The notes below the pieces were generated by a model. It saw nothing but the letters and a program-made list of their open reading frames with translations, was not told the origin of the DNA and did no database searches. The position numbers and the translations under genes are program-made. Source: Chrysomallon squamiferum (taxonomy: Eukaryota > Animalia > Mollusca). From it: a stretch of DNA of 64,000 nt. The stretch is from positions 14,818,001 to 14,882,000 of the forward strand of contig CM022670.1 of assembly GCA_012295275.1 (NCBI GenBank), written 5' to 3'. Shown piece after piece: positions 1-12,600 of this stretch (its first letter is position 1; the number at the start of each line of letters is the position of its first letter).

Positions 1-1944
1 TGATAGAATTTGTGTGTCTATTTTTGTGGGTGGGTGTATGAATGTGTGTGTGAGAGAGAGAGAGAGAGTTTGTGTGGGTATGTGTGTGTGTGAGAGAGTT
101 TGTGTGTGTGTGTGTGTGTGTGTATGTGTGTGCCAGTGGGTGATATATGAATTCAAACAAGACAAAATATTTGCTATCACATATATGATTTCCACCAAAC
201 ATTAATATAACATGTTCTTAAACACAGTTATTTTTTCACATAATCAGCTTGTTTTTAATTTGCTGCTTGGACTATTTCCCAGTCCACTTAGTGCTCTGTT
301 TCTAATTAATCTATGAAAGGCTGCCTTAAAGGCTGTTAAAAAAAAAAAATTTTTTTTTGGGGGGGTGTTGTTTACTTTTTTAAAATAAAAATATCCTTCT
401 GGTTAATTCATAAAATGACATTTAATAAAAATAATGTTATTAAATACTCATTCTTTTAATCTAATAAGATTCATTCAAGTGATTTACATTTTTGAAATGT
501 GTACACATTGAGTATTTTATACATATTAAATCCCTTAAACTGGTTAGTGAAACTTTAAATCAAATTACTGCCTTACTTGTATTTACTGTTAAAATAACAT
601 TTGGGCTTATAAATCCACAATCAAGACTCTGTACCTTAATATTTTTACAAAATGTGTAATTAGATGTTTGAAAATTATATTTCAAAATTTATCTTATTAA
701 AAATTCTTTATATAAATGCTGAGTAAACTGGTGAACCATATAAACAGGCCTACCAGTTCTGAAAAACATGTCTTTACTTCTGACTGCCAGGTTTCAGAAA
801 ATAGATAACTTTAAAGATAAAATAAATAAATAAAAGATAAGGTGAAGGACATGGATGAACTTACCCAGGATTCAGATAAATGTTGAGACTTTGACATTTT
901 CTCTAGGCTGTTTGTGTGAGTTGATATGCTGTTTACTTTGTATATGTTTCTTTATTTATTTTTGTTCTTATTTAATTATTTATTTATTTTGTAATTTATT
1001 TTTTAAGTAGTAGTAGATTCTTGTTATCTATTGTTATGTTGACATTATATTTCACAGTATAAAAGTTAATTTATTTAGGTGTAAAAATCGACACTGAAAG
1101 CTTTTTTATATATATTATGATGAATATAGACTGAAGCATAAATTCTTTATAATAATCATTGTTTTTTTTTTTTTTTTATTGTTATGGATTGGTTTTTGTT
1201 GTTGTTGTTTATTTATTTTTATTTATTTATTTATTACTATTTTTATTTTATTTTTTATTTATTTATATACATATATTTTTTTATTATTTATTATTTATTA
1301 TTTTATTTAATTTTTTTTTTTTTTAATTTCTTTTTAATGTTATTATAGTTATTATTATTTTTTTATTTTTTTTTATTTTTTACTTTATTTATTTATTTAG
1401 AAATTAACTGTTTGTTTGTTCTCTCCAGAAAGTGCAGAAATAAATAAAACTTTTACTAGTCTATTTACTACAATGTTTAAAATTGTTAAATTTGAAAGAG
1501 AAAAACATTTATAATTTTTTTCTTTAATTAATCATACCTAACTGTAAAATAGGAGAACACATTTTACTACACATTTACTTCTTTCTGGTTAACTGGGTAA
1601 AGCACTGACCTGTAATGATGCAGTATTTTATACAAGTTTTTAACTTCAGGTAATTAAAGTTTTTTTACATTGAACTCAGGGTCAGAGTACAAATGTTACT
1701 CATTTGTTTGTCACACAATAAGCTTCCTGTCACCTGTACATGCCAACTTTCCCTCTTTTAAAACCACTCAGTCGTATAATAACAACAACAACAACAACAT
1801 CAGTTATAATACTTTCACTGACAACAACATTATTAATAAAGTGTTCACTGACACAGCAACAACAACATCGTTAATAAAACTGTTTGTTTCTGCAGTTGGT
1901 ACAACAACAACATCAATAATAAAATATCTTTATTCTTTAATTGA

Positions 1945-2170
1945 TATGATAATAGTAGTAGTGGTGGTAGTAGTAGTGGTAATTATAGTAGTAGTAGTAA
2001 TAATAATGATAATAGTAGCATTAGTAGTAATAATAATGATAATAGTAGCAGTAGTAGTAATGGTAATAACAGTAGTACTAGTACTAGGAGTAGTAATAGT
2101 AGTAGTAGTAATATTAATAATAATAATAATACTAGTAGTTGTAGTAATAATAATAATAAAGATAATAAGA
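1945..2170. repeat. Compound (GTA/ATA)n trinucleotide microsatellite in LOX-A intron 1
   Basis: Run of agtagtagta/ataataata. The homologous spot in LOX-B (about 22845-22890) is much shorter. It produces the spurious Val/Ile and Leu ORFs. Confidence 0.85.
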
Positions 2171-2899
2171 ATAACATTTTAATTTCTTCTACATGGTTAT
2201 CTATTACATACAGGTTGTTATTGTTGTTTTTGTTTGTATTTGTGTTCATTTTTGTTTGTTTGTTGTTGTTTTCTAAGTAAATAAAATTCACTCTTTAAAT
2301 ATTTTTGCTTTTGCTTTAAGTCATTTAATCTGGTTTGCTTCAATGAATTAAGTCAACATTTCTAATTTCTTTTCAGAAAATGTACATTAAAACGTTTTCA
2401 GTCCTTATATTGATTGTTGACTTTTTTGAAACATTTTCTTTTCTTTTTTTTTCACTTGTTTAATCATCTCCAAAACAAGAATGTGACCAAATAACAACTG
2501 AAATTTGTTTTTTAAAATCAACTATCAGTTAGTTTAAATTTGAAAGGAATGAAGATAACAGTCTCCCCAAATGACAGTTTCCCCTCACCAATATCTCTGA
2601 TAGTAGAAAACAGTGACAAGTTGTCATTTGTAAAAAAAATTGGAAAAGATGATTGATTAGGTTTGTGTTAGAGGATTGCAATTTTTTTTTTAATTAAAAT
2701 TTTATATCATCAATCAAAATTTTTTTTTTTTTTTTTTATTATTTTATTTATTTATTTTTTTTTTTTTTTACTGTTATGTAGAACAACTTGACAAAACTTA
2801 GGAACACTCATATTTTTATAATTTATTTTTATTTTTTTTTTTTTAACTTCAGTTTTTAAAAAAGGGATTTTTACTATTATTTTTTTCTTCTATTTTCAG

Positions 2900-5800
2900 A
2901 TTAAGGATGTGCCACCTGATGAGCAGTTCTCCTTTGATTACAAGGTACATGTTGTTTATGTGTCATTTATTTTAACATCAGCTACTTTATTATTAACAAC
3001 AACATGTAGCTGCACTCAGTGTTAATACAGAGAAAACAGAATAAAAGAAAGACTGACTCACTGTGAACAGTAGATGATATATTTGTAACATAATATTTCT
3101 GTCTTTCATTCCTACAAACAGATATACACAAACACATGTAATACACAGCATATACTCTTATATCTGACATATGTACACACACTAACACAAATACATACTC
3201 TATCATACTTTCATATATTTGCATAAAACATACTCTTACATACAGACACCCCATGCACACATTTTTTCACATAATATTTCTCTCACACACGCACACACAC
3301 ACACAGAAACACACACACACACATACACACATGTGTTATTAAATACATACATACATATTCACACATATGACATACACAGAAAGACATATGTACACACAAC
3401 AAATACAGATCTAGATATCTGTGCACAGAAAAACACTTGAAGTTAGTTGTAAAATTGTATGATCTACATGCCATGTCTAGATAACTGTAATCTGTAAATA
3501 TTTTTCCTTGTGCAGGACACTGTCACAGATTAGTTTGTTTAAAGTCACTCACTATTGCAGTTGTTCCGTTTCAGTGGGATATTGTGTCTTACAAAATCCA
3601 GCTCATAGCCATGAGCAGAATGGTCAAACTGACAGCTGGAAACTGGGAAAGTCTGTCACATCTGACAAACGTGTACACCAAAAAAATCTTCAACATTCCC
3701 CAGGTATGACAATCATTACATAATCAATAATTAGAATAGTTATTATCTTCTTTTACTATTAAATTTTTCTTATTTATTTAGTTTCATTATCATCGCATTT
3801 TCATTTTAATAGAATTTGATTTGTTTGATTTCATTATTACCTATTTTAATTTCATTTTTTTATTTTTTATTTAATTTCTTTATTAGCCTATTTTAATTTT
3901 AATAGATTACATTTATTTAATTTCATTTTTGATAATCTGTAAAACAGGTATTTATGAATTTTACTTTCATGTAAAAACATGTTGCACTGTTAGTTTTAGT
4001 TGACACAGGATACTACCAAACAGTAGTTCTGTTCTTTCAGTAATGTGTTATTAAGAACAACACTGAAATAAAGTGAAACATTTTCAAACATTTCCAAACA
4101 TTTCACATTGTTGCATCATTCTAATATGTAGAACTACTCGTTTAGTTTGATATGTTATTCACATTGTTACATTGTTCTAATATGTAGGACTACTGGTTTT
4201 AGTTTGATATGTTATTCACATTGTTACATTGTATTAACATGTAGGACTACTGGTTTTAGTTTGATATGTTATTCACATTGTTACATTGTATTAACATGTA
4301 GGACTACTGGTTTTAGTTTGTTCTGTTCGTTCATTAATGTAATTATGAAGAATGCTGAAATAAAGTGAACCATTTTAAAAGTGTTGACATTGTTGTAGGG
4401 TGCAGACAGATGGAGTAATGATCTGTTTTTTGGAAACCAGCGAGTGGCCTGTCTCAACAACTGCATCATTCGACTGTGTACAGCCATTCCAGACAAGTAA
4501 TACAGAAATTTAACTTCACATTTCACCAGCCTAAATATTACTAAATAAATGACTGTTATACTGCATTTAATTTTAAAAATTAAAAGGTGTTCCATAGAAT
4601 TAATTTTTTGTGATTATTTATATAACACTTACATACATACATACATACATACATACATGTACACACACATATATATATATATACACACATACATATAAAA
4701 ATAAATATATACAGCCAGATATACTCACACATACATAAAAATAAACATACATATCAATACATACACATATTAATACGTAATATAAATACACTCACAGACA
4801 CACACACACATATGTACCTGTGTGTCTGTGTGTGTGTGTATACATAAATATAGGTGTTTTTGTGTGTGTGTGTGTGTTATTTTTTGCACACTATAAAATG
4901 ATGTGCTAAATGTTTTGTCAGTAGTAATTGAGTATAACGAGTATTATCATGTTGTGCAGACTGGCAATTACAGAAGAAATGCTCAAACCTCTGCTAGAAG
5001 GTCTGAGTCTGGAGCAAGCCATTCAAGACAAACGTTTGTTTCTGTGTGACTACGAAATCCTTACTGGAATACCCTGCAAAGAAGACTTGATTGTAAGCTT
5101 GGAGTCATTTCTTAGTAAACTTCATAGAAATAGATCTCTTCAGACTTCGTTGAATATATAGTAAACATTATTAAGGGTTGATCATTTCTAAAGGATTTTA
5201 TTTTGATAAAAGAGAAATGACGAGTTTTATTCTTGAAATCCAGTTCTTCAGAATAAAATGATTTTTTTTTCATGTTAAGCTGTTACAAATTTTGCACTAA
5301 TAACAAACAGTTCAAGATAATTCTACAAAATTCATAGGATATATTATAATATTTAAACCACCTGTTACTTCTGTATAACTTTATATTTCTAGAACATTTA
5401 TAATAATTAAATAAATCAATCAATCAATAATGATAATAATAATCTTTAAACAGTTTATTACTTTGTGTATTACTTTGAATTTGTAGAATCTAATAATCAT
5501 ATAATATCGTTTAACATAATACAATATAGTAAGTTATTTAAAGATCTTTGTTCTTACAAAGTAATAATACATACAAACAAATCTTTAAATCACTTAATAT
5601 GTTAAGCAGTTATTTAAACACATGTGTATGTGTGTGTGTCTGTGTATTTGTATGTAGATATTACTGTGTTTAAATACACATTATGTTTAGTTGCTGTTTT
5701 GTTTTTCTCATCCAGTGTCCCGATCCTCTTGGTCTGTTTTTTCTGAATGGAAACAAGAGACTGGTTCCCATAGCAATCCAGCTGTTCCAGAAACCTTCCC

Positions 5801-6014
5801 CAGACAACCCTGTATGTATCTCTTCTCAGTTTTAATCACCACATTTTTGATTGAATCATTTTACAATTAAAACCATTACTTTTAACAGAACTATATTTGT
5901 ATTTAGTGACCAACAGTCTACAAGTTTTCTTGGTCACCATAAACTATAAGTTGTGTGTGTCTGTTTGTATGTATATGTATGATTGTGTATATAATATGTG
6001 TATGTAATTATGTA

Positions 6015-6045
<31 letters not shown>

Positions 6046-6143
6046 CTATATATATATATAAAGTGTGTGTGTGTATGTCATATATATGTGTGTATAGGTA
6101 TTATGTATCTATGTATGTATATATGTAAAAAATGTGTAAGTCT

Positions 6144-6193
<50 letters not shown>

Positions 6194-7796
6194 CATTAGA
6201 GAGAAATAATCAGATGACAGAGAATGTGATGTATACTCTTGGGACTTGCATTGATTATCAGCTAATTTCCCAGCTTATCACCACTGTATGAATGCATTAA
6301 TGTTAAGTAGATTTTAATTCTAACATTAAGCTGATCATGTGTCCCAGGGCATGTTGATCAAAGTGGATATTTCTCTCAGGGAACAATTAACACAAACTGT
6401 GGACTCACTTAAACATTAATTTGTAATGGTTTACGAAACCACCAAGTGGCAAATTATTAACATTTATTTTGAAACGAGCATAATGTTAGACATGTACTGG
6501 CAAAACATGCATTTATTTTGTTAGCATTTCTTAAAACATATTTTGAAACAGTTGTTTATTTTGATAGTATTTCTTAGACATATTTTTTTTAAATAAGTTT
6601 TAATAGTGCTAGAGTTTCCAAAAAAATATTTATTTTGAAATAAGTATTTATTATCTTAGTATTTCTAAAACAGTATATTGTGAAACTCTTAAAATGTACT
6701 TTGAAACAGTCATTGGTTATGTTAGCATTTCTTTCCCTGGTAATTTTGCCACAAACTAAATATCAGGATGTTGTTACTGCATCAAGGTAATTTTGTTTGT
6801 TATCTAGCACTGATAGTAAAATTAGGAGTAATTTAATATTGAATATAACAGTTTTCTGCAATTTTCTGCAAATTATGACATATAATATTTAAAAACAATG
6901 TTCAGAAATGAACTGTATTTAATTTGGTATTGAAGAAATTAAATATTGTCAATTTAATGTAAATCCTGACATACTGATTTCATAAACAGTTGTTTTAAGT
7001 TCAGAAATGAATTGTATTTTGTTTAATACTGAAAATTACATCATATTGTATTCATAACTGTTTTAAGTTCACAAACAAACTGTATTTTTTATATACGTGT
7101 AATAATAACATAACTGTTTTAAGTTCACAAACAAACTGTATATTGTGTTTATATATAATAATAAACAAGATCTTTTTGATTTTTTTCAGGTTTTCTTGCC
7201 AACTGATCCATCGAACACCTGGGCTATAGCTAAAATGTGGTTTAATCTTGCAGACTGTGTTGTACACCAGTCACTCACTCATTTAGGTTTGTCACTTTTC
7301 TTAATCAGAATATTCACCTACATCTGTAAACAACAGCTGTGTACATCACTTGTATACAATGCAGCTGACATGTCAGAACAAAATGACAGATCATTTGTAA
7401 TTATGTAACGTGTTCTCCAGTGAGTTTGAATTTGTATCAGAATCAGTATTTTAATTTGTAACTTTAACCATTTTCAGTTTTCTGGCACTGTTTAGTTTGT
7501 CAATACATTTTAGTATTAAAAAATTCACCTCAATATTGGTGTTGCTGGCCATAGTAAACCCCAACAAAACTGTGCCTGTCCCACTCCAGATTATACCATT
7601 ATGATTTTTTATTTTTATTTTATTAAATTAATCTCTATTTTAATATCTAGAGATCTGTATTCAAACAAAGTCCGTACTAGTCCAAAATATAACCCAGGAT
7701 ATTATAGCTGGGCATGGGCTATTTTATACTCAGAGGTATACTTTGGATTATACTTTGTAGACAGAATTTTATCTTGAGTTTTTTATGTCTTTTGGG

Positions 7797-7873
<77 letters not shown>

Positions 7874-8589
7874 TAAATGTTTACTTGTGGTAGAATGTAG
7901 GAAAGTTTGTTTTATGATTTAGATCAATTTAATAAGCTAAAATGTTATTAAATACAGTATCTAGCTGTCATTTTGGAATTATTCAAGTTAGGAAGAATAC
8001 TGATATGGAAATAATCAGCATCTTTTTGTCATAAGTTAACATTTCATTAATTTTTTTTAATTATATATCTATCTTACTAAATTATAATTTGTATACAGAT
8101 CCTCTCAAATGATCGTCAACTTTGCAAGATGTTACATAATAAAAATTATTCAGAAAACATACATATTATTAATAGGTTGTTTTTAAATTCAGGGTACTGC
8201 TTATTTAATTTTGTGATTGTTATAAGACTTATTTGTATTAAAGTTGTAAACTGTCATTTATGTTTATTTTTATTTTCTCATTAAATCTATAACTATCATT
8301 TTCATTTGATACTTTCTCTATTTTTTTTTTTTTTTTTTGTATGTGTGTATGTCCTGCATTTACATGTGACTACATATTTTCTTTAAGTGAAAATGAATAT
8401 GAGAGGACACCAAGTTAGAAACATTTATTAATTTTGAACTTTTCAAATGCAGGTTCTACACACTTGTTGATGGAGGGTGTAACTGTGGCAACCCACCGAA
8501 ACTTGTCCCAATCTCATCCAGTTTTCAAATTACTAGCTCCACATTTTCTTTACCTGATTGCCGTTAACAGGTAACATTTATATCCGTCC

Positions 8590-8620
<31 letters not shown>

Positions 8621-9534
8621 AGTATATATGTCTGTGTGTGTGTGGGTGTGTGGGTGGGTGGTTGGGTGTGTCTGTATGAATGTCCAGAATTTCTCATTGA
8701 TAAATTTTTATAATTTACTGTTCAAGAATTTTGCATGAAATGAAATATATCCTGCATCACAAGACATATCACACATAAACAAAATATACCAGATAATTAA
8801 ACCTTGATTTCAGTTAAATTAAAAATAGCTGAATGTGTTTTGTTGTTTTTTTCAGTCGAGGTCTGCAGACTATTCTTTCACCAAATGGCTGGGTGGACAA
8901 AGTGATGAACATTGGAAGAAAAGGAATGTTCTATCTAATAAAGAAAGGGTAAACATTTTATGTATTCCTTGGATTATAATTGATACCTATTTATGAATAG
9001 AAATAACAAAAACCAGTGATGATAAATAAATATATACACACACATACATATACAAACACACATATACATAAATATTTATAGAGAAAGAAAAATAGATATT
9101 TTTATATATGTATATATATGTATCTACACACTCAGTGAGAGGTATAAGATTCATAAATATGTAGTGCCAAGTAATCTAAACTTTGATTTACTGTTGTTTT
9201 TGAAATTTATTTATTTATTTATTTATTCATGAGTATCATTTTATTTTTGTTTATCAATTTCCGTGGAGTTAAAATGTTTGTTACAAAGGCAACAGTTGTC
9301 TCCCCTGTACAATTTTGAGCAATAAAATCTCGGTCCATTTTATTAAAAATAGTCTAACAAAGTTTCATGTCTGAGACAAATGATTGCACTCCAGTTGTTT
9401 TTATATTTTACTTTATTAATAATTAATAAAAAAAAAAAAGAAGAAGAAAAAAAAAAAAATAATAATTAAAAAAAAAAAAAAATAATATAATAATATTAAC
9501 AACAACAACAGTAATAATAATAATAATCATCCTT

Positions 9535-9622
<88 letters not shown>

Positions 9623-12600
9623 TACAGGGCACTCTCCCAGAGGAATATGAGTGATATGTTAGTAACTGATATTTTTAAGTATGAATATTTCCAAATTCAG
9701 TTATAGCACAGAGGTGTGTTAAACTGATTGATAGTGTGAAAAAACAGTTCTTTACAAAGTAAATTACAAGAGATCAAATTTCTGTCAACCAACTGATCAG
9801 TAGAGTTGTCTAGTATTTTATCAGAAAGGTTATTTGCAGAAAATATTAACTTTATTCTTTAAACTTCTTTATTTTACTATACAGTTATCTTTAAATGTTG
9901 TCATTTAAAATTTATAAATTTATATATATGAATCTTTTAAAAATTTTAAATATAATGACTGTTTCAAGAGTAGAAAATGATATTAAACTGTAGTATAACT
10001 TTTAAATTATTTGAAATTATAATTGCATAAACAGATGTATATGTGAAGTTTAATAACACAGACCCAAGTTTTTCTAGTGTAGGTAGTATTTACAGGACAC
10101 TGTTAATTTTTGTAAATAATTATGCTTCTTTGTATTTATAATATTGATAATGAATTATAAAAATGAATCAATAAAAGATAGATTCTATAACATTCACTGA
10201 CAAACATAAACTGAAAATAATTGCAATCACTTTTTAATAATTTTTTTTTTGTAATTTTAAAAAAGATATATAATTATTATTATTATTTTTAATTTTTTTT
10301 TATATTATGTTTTTAGAGGATTCAGCATTCAATGCTTTTGTAATACTATTTCCTTAAACCTTATTAACAATTCTTGGAGTATAGAGTTGTCTTTCTTTCT
10401 TTTTTTTGAAGATGTATTTTTGATGTGGTGTCTAAACAACAGCAAACATGTTCTTAGTTTTTCTTTAAGGAAACACTAGGAAATAGTAAAATACGTTTAT
10501 GTGTGGTAGAGCAGTTTTCCAGTGACTACTATGTTCATTGTTGCAGGTTGGCTCAGTGGAGAGTGGATGTACAGGGCACTCTCCCAGAGGAACTGAAAAG
10601 TCGTGGAGTAACTTTCATTTACACTAGAACAGAAACCCGCTTTAATTTTGATAGTTACATTTGTTTTAAAACAGTACTAATAAAAATATATTTTATATTT
10701 TAAACAGTACTACTAAAAATAAATTTGTATTTTAAAATAGTACTAATAAAACAGTATTTTAAACAGCACTACTAAAATATATATTTGTATTTTAAAATAG
10801 TACCAATCACAATACATTTATATTTTAAAATAACTGATAAAAATGCATTTATATTTTAAAAGTATTAACAAAAATATATTTATCTTTTAAAATAGTACTA
10901 ATAGAAATACACTTATATTTTAAAATAACAGACAGAAATATATGTTTTAAAATAACTAATAATAACGCTTTTATTTTTTTAAATTGTATTAATAAAAATA
11001 ATTTATATTATAAAATATCTGTAAAAAAATACATTTATATTTTAAAATAGCACTAATATAAATACATTTTTTTAAATAGTATTAATTGAAATACATTTAT
11101 ATTTAAAATAATTTTAAAAAATACATTTATAAAATAATGCTAATAAAAATAATTTTATTTTTTAAATTGGTACAAATAAAAATATATTTATATTTTAAAA
11201 TAACACTAACATAAATACATTTTTATATATTTTTTAAAATAACTAATAAAGACCACCTTTGATTGAAAATAACCAAAGAAAATTAATATATTGTTTAAAA
11301 TACATCATAAAAATACTTATCATTAATAAAAATACATTTATCTTTTAAAATAACTAATAAATATATTTTTTAAAATAACTAATATAAATACATGTTTATT
11401 TATATTTTGATATAGCTAGTAAAGATCCATTTATTTTTTTTAAATTAATTAATATATATATATATATATTTTAAAATAACTAATAAAATATATTTACATG
11501 TGCATTTAAGAAAACTAATAAAAGTTGCATTTATATTTTAAAATAACAAAAATACATTTAACTATTAAAATAGTACAAATAAATATATTTTAAAATAACA
11601 AAAATTTAAATTTGTTATTTAATTCAGTTTTTATAGCATGACTAGGCTTTTATGTATATCTCATAACATTTATCATAATGTTTAATACACAAGGATTGTC
11701 AATAATTTTTTGGTTTGAAAGGCATGTAAACAGAATTAGAAATAATTTACAGTTTTATAAAATATTTGTAATTACTGAACATAACCTTTTAATAAGTTGT
11801 AGCTATTTAAAATAATGTATTTATATCTTGTCCTAGAGAACAGTCTTGTATAAGAAATGAACACTTAATCAGTGTATATCTGTACAGAGATCAAATTCAG
11901 AGTGTTTGATGATTGGTTTATTTCAGTTTACAGACTCCAGCATTCTGCCAGGATACCATTTCCGTGACGATGCTTTGCTTCTGTTTGAATGTATTGACAA
12001 ATACATCAGAAATTACATCAGTCTATATTACAGTAAGAAAATATTTCATACAGTCTGGCAACACATTTTTGACTGGATATAGTTTTTTTTGAATTGTTGA
12101 TTATTCTAGTTTGAAACACGTATAACATTCTGTTGAGACAAGAAAGTAGAAGATGGTCATGTGTATAAATGTATAAACATGTTTGCAACCAAAAGAAATA
12201 AAAATATATATATACATATATATATATTTTACAAATATAATTATCTACCCAGAAAATATGGAGAAAATAAAAGTAGAATACGTTGCAAATTAAAACAATA
12301 AAAGGCTTGACTGCCACTAGGATCTTCTCATTTTTTTTGATTTCCCTAAACTTAAAATCGTGAAAAATTCATTCAAAAACTACAAACTGCAAGCCAAACT
12401 GATTTAGAACAAAGATACAAAATGTGTATCCATTTTTGTTGTTTAACAAGTTCTAGACAATTTTTTTTCATGTATTGTTTCAAATGAAGAAAACTCTAAG
12501 GTAGGTGTAAGTGTACAATACATGAACAGCTGAGTCAAACTGTTATTTATTTAATTTATTCAGAGAAACCCTCGATGATTGAAGGGGACTGGGAACTGCA

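Noticed and set aside
577-897. Two antisense mini-exons (MSKSQHLSESW and SLDCGFISPNVILTVNT) in a LOX-A-specific intron segment
   Set aside because: The donors are good, but the acceptors lack pyrimidine tracts, the peptides are short and unrecognisable, and chance occurrence is plausible.
1670-2291. Hydrophobic ORFs 1670-2182 and 1983-2291 as membrane proteins
   Set aside because: Translations of a trinucleotide microsatellite inside a LOX intron; the tract is not conserved in the paralog.
4281-4595. ORFs 4281-4595 (-) and 20538-20741 (+) conserved in both copies
   Set aside because: They are antisense shadows of LOX exon 4 and its flank, shared only because of the duplication.
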